Shown: in pieces, positions 24,781-34,779 of the stretch
Numbering within the stretch: position 1 is the stretch's first letter
How the letters are laid out: every line of letters starts with the position of its first letter
IMG/VR virus record: IMGVR_UViG_3300027250_000007
Coordinates: 1 to 43,003 of that record
Length of the DNA: 43,003 nt
Source: a virus
Taxonomy: Duplodnaviria; Caudoviricetes
Direction: 5' to 3' (one strand)
The notes under the pieces: generated by a model
Told to the model about the DNA's origin: nothing
What the model saw: only the letters and a program-made list of their open reading frames with translations
Database searches by the model: none
Position numbers and translations under genes: made by a program

Positions 24781-26112
24781 ATGTCAGAAATTGTATTACA
24801 CGCAAAACAGTCGGAAGTCATCAAAGACCTATTCGTAGATAAAGTATGTCGTTATAGTGTTGTTACAGCTTCTCGTGGCTTCGGTAAATCATACTTAGCT
24901 GCCTCTGCTGCACTAATTGCTGTTCAGGAGTTAATGGAGCTGCCCGAAGATGTTCCTAACAAGAACGTAGCTTTGATTGCGCCTACTTACTCACAGGCTG
25001 TAGATATTTACTATCCACTTATTGCTTGGCAGATGGGCATGGAAGATTATGCTGATAAGGCCTCTAAAGCAGCAGGAACATTTTGGTTTCCTAATAACGT
25101 ACAGCTTAAACTATGGTCTTATGAGGCCTCCCAGCGGATGCGTGGTACAGGTCAATACTTTGTTGTTGCTGACGAGGTTACATCATGGCATGGTGCAGGG
25201 ATGAACTTAAAAGAGTCTTGGGAGTCTATTATTCAACCCTGTGTAACTACTCGTTGGTCTAGACAGAATGCAAGTAAGTATAATGCTAATGCTGGTAGAG
25301 CACTTATTATTAGTACTCCTAGCGGTTATGACTACTTCCATGAAATGTATAACAGACAAGAGTATGATCCTGATTGGAAGTCTTATCACTATACATACAA
25401 AGATTCTCCCTTCCTTGATGAAGAAGAAATCGAAAGAGTTAAGAGGACGCTTGACCCTCTGAAATTTGCAAGAGAATATACTGCAAGCTTTGAAGACTCA
25501 GGCAACAATGTGTTCTATACATTTAACCGTAAAGAGCATATTGACAGCAACCTTCCTTATTTTGAGCATGGTGAAGATGTTCATGTGGCTATCGACTTCA
25601 ACGTCGGAATTATGGCTTCTGTTATCTTTGCTATTAGAGGAAATCAAGTACATATCTTGGATGAGATGCAGGGACACCCAGATACGGAGACCCTTGCCAA
25701 CAAACTTAAAGAAAAGTTTAACGGTCATCGTATCATTTCTTATCCTGACCCTGCTGGTAGAGCAAGAAAAACCTCTGCCGCAGTAGGTGTTACAGACTTT
25801 AAGATTCTTGAATCTAAGGGTATTATAACAAGAGCACATAACAAGGCTCCTCCTATTATTGACTCAGTTGCGGCTGTGAATAGGAAGTTTAAAAATGCTA
25901 GTGGCGATATAGATATGTACATTCATCCTCGTGCTGTAAACACAGTCAAGTCTATTGAAAGAACTCAATGGACTGAGACAAATCCTGACTCTGCCACAAT
26001 TGACAAAAAGGAAGGTGTAGAACACTGGTCAGATGCTCTCCGCTATGCAATAGAGTATCTTTACCCCATTAGAGCAGGTACTAAACTCACGGCAAGAGGG
26101 TTTGGTTTTTAA
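24781..26112 (+). CDS. terL: terminase large subunit
   Basis: Walker A ASRGFGKS, Walker B VVADE, ISTP, AREY.ASF, nuclease IDFN, DP.G, HWSDALRY. Confidence 0.95.
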   Translation: MSEIVLHAKQSEVIKDLFVDKVCRYSVVTASRGFGKSYLAASAALIAVQELMELPEDVPNKNVALIAPTYSQAVDIYYPLIAWQMGMEDYADKASKAAGTFWFPNNVQLKLWSYEASQRMRGTGQYFVVADEVTSWHGAGMNLKESWESIIQPCVTTRWSRQNASKYNANAGRALIISTPSGYDYFHEMYNRQEYDPDWKSYHYTYKDSPFLDEEEIERVKRTLDPLKFAREYTASFEDSGNNVFYTFNRKEHIDSNLPYFEHGEDVHVAIDFNVGIMASVIFAIRGNQVHILDEMQGHPDTETLANKLKEKFNGHRIISYPDPAGRARKTSAAVGVTDFKILESKGIITRAHNKAPPIIDSVAAVNRKFKNASGDIDMYIHPRAVNTVKSIERTQWTETNPDSATIDKKEGVEHWSDALRYAIEYLYPIRAGTKLTARGFGF

Positions 26113-26142
26113 CTGTAACATAAACTTAAAAGGAATAACAAA

Positions 26143-26766
26143 ATGCCTGAGAATAGATCAAATACAGGTTCTATGAAATCTAAATTTTCTTATGCAAAAG
26201 CTTATGCTAAAGCTCGTGTAGGCAAGGCAATGACCTCTGCCCAGAAAGTTGCGCTTAAGAAAGCTCAAGAAGCCTCCGCTCGTGCTCGTTCACTTGCTGC
26301 TAAAGCTGCTGGCGGTGAAACTAATCTTCTTCGTATGAAGCGTACTGCTGCTAATACTGCTTCTTCACTAAGAGCTAGAGCAGGTCTTTCTGCTAATCGC
26401 CTAAAGCGTAAGGGATCCTCCGCAGCTTCTAATGCCGCTCTTAAAGCGAAGCAAACAGTTAATAAGAATCTACAACGTGCTGGTCTTCAATCTACTGGTG
26501 CAGGAAAAGGCTCAAGCGGTAGAGCAAAAGTAATTGGTAGAGCAGGTGCTCCATCAAAGACAGGCCCATCAAAACGTCCAGCTAACATTGGCCCAGCAGG
26601 CAATAAGCCTCAATCAACTGGCCCATCAAAACGTCCACGGGGCAATGGTATGGGTATGCAAGTTAAAAAGCAAGCTGATATTATGTCCCGGCGTGGTGCT
26701 TTAAGAGCGACTGCTCTTAGAACTGCAAAGAATTACGTCAAAGCAAATCGTAAGAACAAGAAATAA
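26143..26766 (+). CDS. highly basic Ala/Lys/Arg-rich low-complexity protein
   Basis: AAAGGA RBS; only 4 acidic residues in 207 aa; TGPSKRP twice. Confidence 0.8.
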   Translation: MPENRSNTGSMKSKFSYAKAYAKARVGKAMTSAQKVALKKAQEASARARSLAAKAAGGETNLLRMKRTAANTASSLRARAGLSANRLKRKGSSAASNAALKAKQTVNKNLQRAGLQSTGAGKGSSGRAKVIGRAGAPSKTGPSKRPANIGPAGNKPQSTGPSKRPRGNGMGMQVKKQADIMSRRGALRATALRTAKNYVKANRKNKK

Positions 26767-26772
26767 TATAGT

Positions 26773-26794
26773 GAAGGCTAGGAAACTGGCCTTC
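26773..26794 (+). other. GAAA-tetraloop hairpin after the basic-protein gene
   Basis: GAAGGCTAG-GAAA-CTGGCCTTC; no U-tract. Confidence 0.5.
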
Positions 26795-26842
26795 CTACAA
26801 TTCAGAAAAGACTAAGCGTTAATAACTCGTTATTGGGGATAA

Positions 26843-27104
26843 TGTAGTTTACCTAATCCTGCTAACTATATTGTTAGCGTTGATGTGCTTGAGCATATCG
26901 AACCCGAATTAGTGGATAGTGTATTGCAACACATCCAATCTCTAATGCTGAAAGGTGGATTTCTTTGTATCTGTCTTGTTCCAGCCTTCCTTATTTTACC
27001 TGATGGTAGAAATGCTCATCTTACTATTAGATCAGCAGGTTGGTGGCAGAGCAAATGTATATAAAACAAAAGGACACCTAGCAGTATTTGTAAAACCAAA
27101 ATAA
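26843..27104 (+). pseudogene. class I SAM-dependent methyltransferase remnant
   Basis: No start codon; VSVDVLEHIEPELVDSVL...LPDGRNAHL...WW, stop at 27062; plausible C-terminus KGHLAVFVKPK in another frame. Confidence 0.7.
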
Positions 27105-27134
27105 GCCCATCTGAGGATCGGCAAGGAGGTAATT

Positions 27135-27584
27135 ATGGCAAGATCTAGAATCAATTCTGCATCTAAAGATTTAATTAAAGATAATGGTGCAGTGCTTATC
27201 TCTGTTGTCGAAGGGGAACAACTACGTATGGGGATTACTCTTAATTGGGTAACTAGCCTTGCTTCTTATACTATTACCGCAAAGATTGTCGAAGCAGATA
27301 TGACAGGCAGTAAGGATGAAGAAGGCTACCCACTCTCAGTTAAATCTGGGGGTGTTGTAACAACTTTGACAACCATTGATGATGACACATCCGATAATAA
27401 ATTTGATATTGTAATCCCTGAAACATTAATTAACAGCTGGACCACGCAGCCTACACCTAACTCTCCTACCTATGGCTGGATTGGAGTTGAGGTTCAAGAT
27501 AGTGGTATTAACCAATATAAACAAATTTGGAAGCCATTTAGAGGCTTAGTAGAAGTGGTATACTCTCCTTCTGAGGAGGTATAA
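27135..27584 (+). CDS. putative virion structural protein
   Basis: AAGGAGGT RBS; first gene of the fibre block; beta-rich. Confidence 0.6.
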   Translation: MARSRINSASKDLIKDNGAVLISVVEGEQLRMGITLNWVTSLASYTITAKIVEADMTGSKDEEGYPLSVKSGGVVTTLTTIDDDTSDNKFDIVIPETLINSWTTQPTPNSPTYGWIGVEVQDSGINQYKQIWKPFRGLVEVVYSPSEEV

Positions 27585-27586
27585 AA

Positions 27587-28972
27587 ATGAGCTACACAAT
27601 TACAACAAATAATGATAGAATTGTCGTTGATGTAACAAATCCTAAATATGAAGTATCATTAGCCAGAACTGGCGGGCAAGGTTCTAAGGGTGACAGTGTT
27701 TCTAATGTTTTTATTAACAGTCAAGGTGAGCTAGTTTTTACTATCTCTACTGTAGCTGGAACAAGTTACGATGTTAACCTTGGGGACGTTGTTACAATCT
27801 TTGAAGACTCCATCAGACAAATTCTGGTCTCTGATGTTGTTAACGGTAACAAAACTTTTGTTGATATTACTTACGATACCAATACAAACAAAGTCAACTT
27901 TGTTGTTCAAACCGATATAAACGATACTCCTAATACAATTGTAGAAAGAGACTCAACAGGTAAAGTAAGAGCAACAGGCGTTCATTTTCTTGACGGTATC
28001 AGTAACGAAGGCCTTATGGAGTGGAATACAACTGATGGTACCCTTGATCTCCATCTAAAAGGTGATAATGTAGTACTTCAGGTTGGTCAAGAGCAAGTTG
28101 TTCGTGTATGGAATAATACCGGAGCAACTATCAACAATGGGCAAGTAGTTTATGTAGATGGCGCTCATAATGGTTTGACTTCGGTTAAACTAGCTAATGC
28201 GTCTTCTGAGGCAACATCGTCAAAGACTTTTGGTATTGCCACTGAGACAATTCTTGCAGACTCCTACGGCTATGTAACTACTTTTGGCCTTGTTAGAGGT
28301 TTAGATACTTCAGGCTATACAGCAGGTCAGAGAATCTATTTAGACATTGTTTCTGGTAGATTTACAACAACGCAAAATACTACTCCTTATCATTTGGTTC
28401 ATGTTGGTTGGATTTCAACAGTAGACACAACAATTGGTTCTGTATTTGTAAACATTGATAATGGTTACGAATTAAATGAACTTCATGATGTAAAGATCAC
28501 CAACGTTGCTAATGGGCATGTTCTAAAATATGACGCTGCTCTAGGTTACTGGGTAAATACTAACTTAGATCTTGAATATGCTACCGATGCACAGCTTGTT
28601 GCAGGGTTGGCTACAAAATCTGACGTAGGACATACCCATGCAATTAACGATCTTTCTGATGTTAACGTTAGTGTTGCAGCAACAGGTTATGTTATTGGCT
28701 ACAATTCTGTGTATAATCGCTGGGAATCTAGAAAGCTTAAGGTAAGCGAGCTTAATGACGTAAACTATAGTGGCATCAAGAATAACGACGTTCTTCGTTA
28801 TGATCTTGCTACTCAAGTTTGGAAACCTCATACGCTTACGACTACTAGCATGACTGACGTTGATAACACAAACAAAGTTAATGGGGCAGTACTTGTGTAT
28901 AACGGCTCTACTGCTAAGTATACCGCAACAACTACTCTTAACGACCAAATTATTAATGGAGGCTCATTCTAA
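27587..28972 (+). CDS. fibre/decoration protein 1
   Basis: Repeated L.DV......G.VL.Y......W modules; shares a domain with 30128..32437. Confidence 0.7.
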   Translation: MSYTITTNNDRIVVDVTNPKYEVSLARTGGQGSKGDSVSNVFINSQGELVFTISTVAGTSYDVNLGDVVTIFEDSIRQILVSDVVNGNKTFVDITYDTNTNKVNFVVQTDINDTPNTIVERDSTGKVRATGVHFLDGISNEGLMEWNTTDGTLDLHLKGDNVVLQVGQEQVVRVWNNTGATINNGQVVYVDGAHNGLTSVKLANASSEATSSKTFGIATETILADSYGYVTTFGLVRGLDTSGYTAGQRIYLDIVSGRFTTTQNTTPYHLVHVGWISTVDTTIGSVFVNIDNGYELNELHDVKITNVANGHVLKYDAALGYWVNTNLDLEYATDAQLVAGLATKSDVGHTHAINDLSDVNVSVAATGYVIGYNSVYNRWESRKLKVSELNDVNYSGIKNNDVLRYDLATQVWKPHTLTTTSMTDVDNTNKVNGAVLVYNGSTAKYTATTTLNDQIINGGSF

Positions 28973-30051
28973 TGGCTACTAAAATTATTTTAAAGAAATC
29001 TTCTACAGCGGGTGCAGTTCCTCTAGTTGCTGATCTAGACGCAGCAGAACTCGCTATTAACCTTGCTGATCGTAAAATTTATACTAAGAACAACTCAGGT
29101 GCTATTGTAACACTACAAGGTGCTTACGTTGATTCTGTTGCCCCAGGCACCCCTGCAGAGGGTGATCTTTGGTATGATACAACGTCAAACTACTTAAAAG
29201 CATACAACGGTTCTTCTTGGGTAAATGCTGGCTTTACTACTCTTGGTGAGTTTGGTATCACAGCAACTGCCGCTGAATTAAACGTACTTGATGGTATTAC
29301 CGCTACTACTACTGAACTAAACTACGTTGATGGTGTCACTTCAGCTATTCAAACTCAGCTTGACGGTAAGTCTTCTACCTCCCATAACCACACGCTAGAC
29401 TCACTTAGCAACACTACTATTACAAGTAACTCTGCTGGTGAGATCCTGAAGTGGAATGGCTCTGCTTGGGTTAACAATACTCTTGCTGAGGCAGGTATTT
29501 CTGCTGTTGGGCATACTCATACAGCAAGTAATATTACAGACTTCACTGAGGCTGCTCAAGATGCTGTCGGTAGCATTATTTCAGGCTCTGGTATTGTCAG
29601 TGTTACCTATAATGATACCGCTAATACTATTGTTGTTAGTGCCTCTGAGTCAGACACCCTTGCTACTGTTACTGGTCGTGGTGCTACTACTGGTACTGCT
29701 ATTTCAATTACTAACGCTACTGCTTCAACAAGCACTACTACTGGCGCTTTAAAAGTAACTGGTGGTGTAGGTGTAGCTGGCAACCTTAACGTTGGTGGTG
29801 ACACAGTTATCACTGGCAACCTTACCGTTAATGGCACGACTACTACAGTTAACTCAAACACTGTTAATATTGGTGACAACATCATCGTTCTCAATGCTGA
29901 TGAAACAGGCACTCCTTCACAAAATGCTGGTTTTGAAGTAGAACGTGGTACTGCTGCTAATGTTGCTTTCATCTGGGATGAGTCAACTGACGCTTGGGAC
30001 TTTGGTAGCTACCCTGTACAAAACGTTGTACTTGATGGTGGTTCTTACTAA
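28972..30051 (+). CDS. fibre protein 2
   Basis: MATKIILKKSS...ELAINLADRKIY N-terminus; ELN.LDG repeats; TGALKVTGGVGV, GNLTVNGTTT. Confidence 0.75.
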   Translation: MATKIILKKSSTAGAVPLVADLDAAELAINLADRKIYTKNNSGAIVTLQGAYVDSVAPGTPAEGDLWYDTTSNYLKAYNGSSWVNAGFTTLGEFGITATAAELNVLDGITATTTELNYVDGVTSAIQTQLDGKSSTSHNHTLDSLSNTTITSNSAGEILKWNGSAWVNNTLAEAGISAVGHTHTASNITDFTEAAQDAVGSIISGSGIVSVTYNDTANTIVVSASESDTLATVTGRGATTGTAISITNATASTSTTTGALKVTGGVGVAGNLNVGGDTVITGNLTVNGTTTTVNSNTVNIGDNIIVLNADETGTPSQNAGFEVERGTAANVAFIWDESTDAWDFGSYPVQNVVLDGGSY

Positions 30052-30054
30052 GTT

Positions 30055-30077
30055 TAATAGCTGACCTTAAAGAAGGG
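30055..30077 (+). promoter_or_regulatory. putative phage RNAP promoter P8
   Basis: TAATAGCTGACCTTAAA|GAAGGG; -17..+3 identical to P1; followed by hairpin GGGGGCGGCT-CCAT-AGTCGCCTCC. Confidence 0.8.
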
Positions 30078-30127
30078 GGCGGCTCCATAGTCGCCTCCAT
30101 CCTTAAACACATAGGAGAATTCGCCCC

Positions 30128-32437
30128 ATGGCAACGAAAATTATTTTAAAGAAATCAAGTGTAGCTGGTAATCAGCCTACTACTTCAGATATCGATGTTG
30201 GTGAAGTTGCTCTTAACTTAGCTGATAAAAAACTCTATTCCAAAGACGGTAATAACAATGTTATAGAGATTGGGTCAACAGACTATCAAACTTTGCCTAT
30301 CAAGGCTGATGTAGCAATTACAAAAGGCACGCCTCTTTATGCTACAGGTGCTGTTGGTAACTCTGGAGTTATTACTGTCAATAAATTTATCGCCAACAAC
30401 ACAATCGATGAGCTTTATCTTATTGGTGTAGCAGAGAAAGACTTTGCTATTGGTGACGTTGGTAAAGCTGTATCTTTTGGTGAGATTAAGGGGATCAATA
30501 CTACAGGATCCACTGTAGGTCAAACTTGGACTAATGGTTCTATTCTTTATGCATCACCCTCTGTTGCTGGTGTCTTGACTAACGTAGCTCCTACTGCCCC
30601 TAATTTGACTATCCCTGTAGCTATGGTTATTAATGCTCATGCTACTAATGGTATCTTATTTATTCGGCCTAGTAATGGTTTTCATCTTAGTGAATTACAT
30701 GATGTAGCAATTACCTCTATTGCTTCAGGGGAGCTTCTTAAGTGGGATGGTACTAAGTGGATCAATAACACTCTTGCTGAAGCTGGTATTCAGCCCTCTG
30801 GGTCTTATCTGACGAGTAACCAAACTATCACTCTTTCTGGTGATTTGACTGGTTCTGGTACTACTGCTATTAACGCTCAGATTGCTGCCAACGTAGTAGG
30901 TGCTAACGAGCTTAATGTTGTTGGTAATGGGACTACCGCACAGTACTTGCGGTCTGATGGTGATGGTACCTTTACTTGGGCTACTCCACCCGACACCAAC
31001 ACGACCTATGCCGTCGGCAATGGTGGTCTGACGGAAATCAACTTTACCTCGGCGCTGAACACTAAACTTGCTGGGATTGAGGCTGGGGCAACCGCAGACC
31101 AGACTGCTACGGAAATTCTTACAGCCATTAAGACGGTAGATGGTACAGGCTCTGGCCTAGACGCAGATCTACTTGACGGTCAACATGGCAGCTACTATAC
31201 AGGCTACGCTGACACCGCTGTAGCTAACCTTGTTGCTTCTGCCCCAAGCACTCTTGATACTCTCAACGAGCTTGCTGCAGCTTTAGGTGATGACCCTAAC
31301 TTTGCCACTACTGTAACGAATAATATTGCCACTAAGGTTTCTAAGGCTGGTGATACCATGACTGGGGACTTGTCCTTCGGTGACAACGACAAAGCCGTCT
31401 TCGGCGCTGGGTCTGACTTGCAGATATATCATAGCGGCAGTAACAGCCACATTACGGAAGGTGGCACGGGCAACCTTATTATCCGTGCGGATGACTTCCG
31501 TGTGCAAAGCAACGCTGGCGAAGAATATATTGCAGCAGACGCCAATGGTGCTGTTAGCTTGCGTTACGACAACACAGCCAAACTCTCCACCACCAGCACA
31601 GGTGTAGACGTCACTGGGACTATCACCAGCGATGGGCTGACTGTGGCTCGTGCAGGTGGTGCAGCAGGTTCTGGAAATGTTGCATATATTGATGTCACAT
31701 CTTCATTTGGGGGATTATCCATAAATTCATCTGCGGGAAATAACGCTTTTATTGAGTTTCTGGAAAATGGGGTCAAAACCGCTGGGTTTAACTCTGACGC
31801 TACAGCGAATGTTACATCATTGCAGGCAGCTAATGGTCATGCTCTGGCGTTTAACACCGACGGGACCACAGAACGTATGCGTATCACATCGACAGGATCG
31901 GTGGGTATTGGCAACAGCAGCCCTGATGGACAGCTTACTGTTGGTGGTACTTCTACTTCTGGTGACATTAGCATCCGCATAAAAGGTGACGCAACCAGCC
32001 GTGGGTTCCTTATGTTTGGTGATGCAGGTGGCGCACAGATTGGCGACATTATGTATGACCACAGCGATAACCATATGCGATTCAGGGTCAATAATTCAGA
32101 ACGTATGCGTATCGACGTATCAGGTAACGTCGGTATTGGTACAACTTCGCCCACGCAAAGACTTGACGTAGCTGGCAATATTGCCCTTACGGGTACTGTA
32201 GACGGTCGTGACGTTGCTGCTGATGGCACTAAACTAGATGGTATCGAAGCAGGTGCTACTGCCGGTGGTGGTGCTGTTGGCGGTGGTAATGATAAAGTAT
32301 TCTGGGAAAACGATCAGGTAATAACCACGAATTACACCATTACTAATGGAAAGAACGCAGGTACTTTTGGACCTATTACAATTAACTCTGGAGTCACTGT
32401 AACAGTAGGTGACGGTGAAACATGGACGGTAATATAA
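30128..32437 (+). CDS. long tail fibre protein
   Basis: GSGLDADLLDG, APSTLDTLNELAAALGDDPNFATT, ERMRI..GNVGIG repeats. Confidence 0.85.
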   Translation: MATKIILKKSSVAGNQPTTSDIDVGEVALNLADKKLYSKDGNNNVIEIGSTDYQTLPIKADVAITKGTPLYATGAVGNSGVITVNKFIANNTIDELYLIGVAEKDFAIGDVGKAVSFGEIKGINTTGSTVGQTWTNGSILYASPSVAGVLTNVAPTAPNLTIPVAMVINAHATNGILFIRPSNGFHLSELHDVAITSIASGELLKWDGTKWINNTLAEAGIQPSGSYLTSNQTITLSGDLTGSGTTAINAQIAANVVGANELNVVGNGTTAQYLRSDGDGTFTWATPPDTNTTYAVGNGGLTEINFTSALNTKLAGIEAGATADQTATEILTAIKTVDGTGSGLDADLLDGQHGSYYTGYADTAVANLVASAPSTLDTLNELAAALGDDPNFATTVTNNIATKVSKAGDTMTGDLSFGDNDKAVFGAGSDLQIYHSGSNSHITEGGTGNLIIRADDFRVQSNAGEEYIAADANGAVSLRYDNTAKLSTTSTGVDVTGTITSDGLTVARAGGAAGSGNVAYIDVTSSFGGLSINSSAGNNAFIEFLENGVKTAGFNSDATANVTSLQAANGHALAFNTDGTTERMRITSTGSVGIGNSSPDGQLTVGGTSTSGDISIRIKGDATSRGFLMFGDAGGAQIGDIMYDHSDNHMRFRVNNSERMRIDVSGNVGIGTTSPTQRLDVAGNIALTGTVDGRDVAADGTKLDGIEAGATAGGGAVGGGNDKVFWENDQVITTNYTITNGKNAGTFGPITINSGVTVTVGDGETWTVI

Positions 32438-32920
32438 ATGGCAAAAATTAAAGTACAAGGAAATACATCAGGTACAGGTACAATCACTCTTGTAACTCCT
32501 GCTACTAACTCAAACAGAACAGTAACACTCCCTGATGCTGATGGTGCTTTGTTAACGAATGCAGGGGCGCTATCTCTTTTTAACGCATCCGGCTCTGCCC
32601 CTGTTTTTGCCTGCAGGGCGTGGGTAAACTTCAACGGTAGCGGGACTGTTTCTGTCCGTGCGAGTGGTAACGTGTCGTCTATTACCGATAACGGGACAGG
32701 GCTATACACTATGAATTTCGCATCCTCGTTAGTAGATGCGAACTCTAGTCTTACAGGGGTCTGTAGGGAAGCTAGCAGCGGCTACGGCGACTTCGTATCC
32801 TTTCCTCTGGGTGGAACCTACACCTCTAGTGCTATTATGGTACGGACGACTCGAGCATGGAATGATACACAGAACAACAACACTGACTGCGACATTGTAG
32901 ACTTGCAGGTGGACAGATGA
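32438..32920 (+). CDS. fibre-associated protein
   Basis: CRAWVNFNG...NVSSITDNGTG.Y..NF. Confidence 0.7.
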   Translation: MAKIKVQGNTSGTGTITLVTPATNSNRTVTLPDADGALLTNAGALSLFNASGSAPVFACRAWVNFNGSGTVSVRASGNVSSITDNGTGLYTMNFASSLVDANSSLTGVCREASSGYGDFVSFPLGGTYTSSAIMVRTTRAWNDTQNNNTDCDIVDLQVDR

Positions 32921-33309
32921 CAGAGTACCGCATCATATTTGAAGATCCTACTGATCCAGATGCACCTGCTATGATCCTTGTGCCTTCACCTAACTGGATG
33001 GCTGACGCTATGGCTGGCAATCTACCACCAATCAGCGTCTACTGGGCACTGCAGGACGAGGAACAGAAAGCAATCGACGAGGGCCGTCACGAAGGGTTCA
33101 AGCACGACCACGATATGTGGATGCAACAGTTTACTGCACCACGTATTGGCCCTCTTACAGAAGAGGAAGCTATTGATTATTTAATTATGAAAGACATCCC
33201 CCGCCGAGTGTGGGGGGTGCGCTATAATAGACCTATGTTTAAGGTTGTTACTAAAGATCAAGTACCTTCAGATAGGTTATTCAGAAATGCATGGAGACTA
33301 GCTGCATGA
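32917..33309 (+). CDS. hypothetical tail-region protein
   Basis: LTEEEAI.YL.MKDIP; C-terminal VPSDRLFRNAW. Confidence 0.7.
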   Translation: MTEYRIIFEDPTDPDAPAMILVPSPNWMADAMAGNLPPISVYWALQDEEQKAIDEGRHEGFKHDHDMWMQQFTAPRIGPLTEEEAIDYLIMKDIPRRVWGVRYNRPMFKVVTKDQVPSDRLFRNAWRLAA

Positions 33310-33737
33310 AAACTTTTATTAAAATTGGTGTTATCACCGCAGACGCTGATGAATACCAAGTACCAGACGAAAGATTGTTTCGTGAAGCTTGGACATTTGG
33401 AGGCAACCCAGAGAGCGGTGTAATTACTGTTGATATGGAAAAAGCAAAAACCATATGGCGAAACAAAATTAGGTTTGCTAGAAAGGATAAGTTAGAAGCG
33501 TTAGACGCAGAATTTATGAAAGCGTTAGAAACAGGTGCCGATACAACGGATATTATTGCTAGTAAACGAGCGTTAAGAGATGCACCTTCAGACCCTGCCA
33601 TTGAATCTGCTAATACTCCTGATGATCTTAAATCAGTAGCACCATTAGGTTTATCAATCGAAGAGATAAACCCTGATTATAATCCTGTTCTTGAAGCTGC
33701 TAGGTTAAAAGCCTTATCACAATCTTTAGCGGAGTAA
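33306..33737 (+). CDS. putative tail fibre assembly chaperone
   Basis: R..KLEALDAEFMKALE...KRALRDAP. Confidence 0.6.
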   Translation: MKTFIKIGVITADADEYQVPDERLFREAWTFGGNPESGVITVDMEKAKTIWRNKIRFARKDKLEALDAEFMKALETGADTTDIIASKRALRDAPSDPAIESANTPDDLKSVAPLGLSIEEINPDYNPVLEAARLKALSQSLAE

Positions 33738-33741
33738 TTTT

Positions 33742-34779
33742 ATGTCTAAAGTAACATTAAATGGAACCAATGGTATTTCTGGTTATGACAGTGATGGTAC
33801 AACTTTATTTACTACAAAAAGCTTAGCAACATTGAACTCTAATAACTCGACAGTATTCCCATCACCTTCTATATTAAAAATTGAAAGGGGTTTACATGTA
33901 GACGCACAGTTAAATCCGCCAGAGTTGCGATATGTTACAGGTGACTCTACTCTATTAGACCCCTTATTAGATTTAATTATTTCTTCTAACACTTTAAATT
34001 ATTCTGTGTCAGTTGCTGCAGTCAATGCTGGGTGGAGTGCATCAAATCCGATTCCAATTAAAGTTACTATTAATCCGGGTATATACGTTTATGCGTCTTC
34101 TTATAACAAACCAGCCATTGATATTACAAGTTCTTTAAATTTAGTTACAATTGTGAATAGCGGCTATATACTTGGGGGAGGTGGTGATGGCGCCACCGCC
34201 ACCTCAACAGGCGGTCAAAATGGAAGCAATGGTATTAGAAGCGCCTTGGCTGCAAATAAACTATTTGTTATAAATAACGCTGATGCATTTATTTGTGGCG
34301 GAGGCGGAGGCGGCGGTTCTTCTGCCGCTGGTGGAGGTGGCGGTGCCGGAGGCGGTCTTGGTGGTAGCGGCTGGAACGGTACGGGTGGCTCAGGGGGTTC
34401 CCCCGGTAACGCTGGTAGCGACGGTATTGGCTCTTTCCGAGGCGGAGGCGGCGGTGCTGGTGGCGGCGGTGGTGGACTTTATGACTATGGCGGAGGTAGC
34501 TATTATGGTGGCGGCGGAGGCGGCGGCGGGCGTAGACCTACTAATGCTACAGGTGGTGCTGAAGGTGCAGGAGGCTACATAGGCCGTGCAGGTGGTGCAA
34601 ATGGAAGTGCCTCTGCGCCTAGCAGAACAGCAGAGACTAATGGAGGCGGCGGCGGAGGGGGCGGTTTTGGAGCAAATGGCTCGGCTGGTTATGGAGCCGG
34701 GGGCTTTGGTGGTGCTGCTATTAACTCAACAAACGCTTATACTTTAACAAACAATGGTACAATTTGGGGGGCGTCTTAA
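33742..34779 (+). CDS. glycine-rich receptor-binding adhesin (T2 gp38-like)
   Basis: NSGYILGGGGDG, ICGGGGGGG, GGGGGRRP, ends GGAAIN...NNGTIWG. Confidence 0.65.
   Translation: MSKVTLNGTNGISGYDSDGTTLFTTKSLATLNSNNSTVFPSPSILKIERGLHVDAQLNPPELRYVTGDSTLLDPLLDLIISSNTLNYSVSVAAVNAGWSASNPIPIKVTINPGIYVYASSYNKPAIDITSSLNLVTIVNSGYILGGGGDGATATSTGGQNGSNGIRSALAANKLFVINNADAFICGGGGGGGSSAAGGGGGAGGGLGGSGWNGTGGSGGSPGNAGSDGIGSFRGGGGGAGGGGGGLYDYGGGSYYGGGGGGGGRRPTNATGGAEGAGGYIGRAGGANGSASAPSRTAETNGGGGGGGGFGANGSAGYGAGGFGGAAINSTNAYTLTNNGTIWGAS

Noticed and set aside
8246-26112. Inteins or introns in polA, helicase, nrdJ or terL
   Set aside because: Lengths are normal and motifs contiguous; no C...HN intein ends seen.
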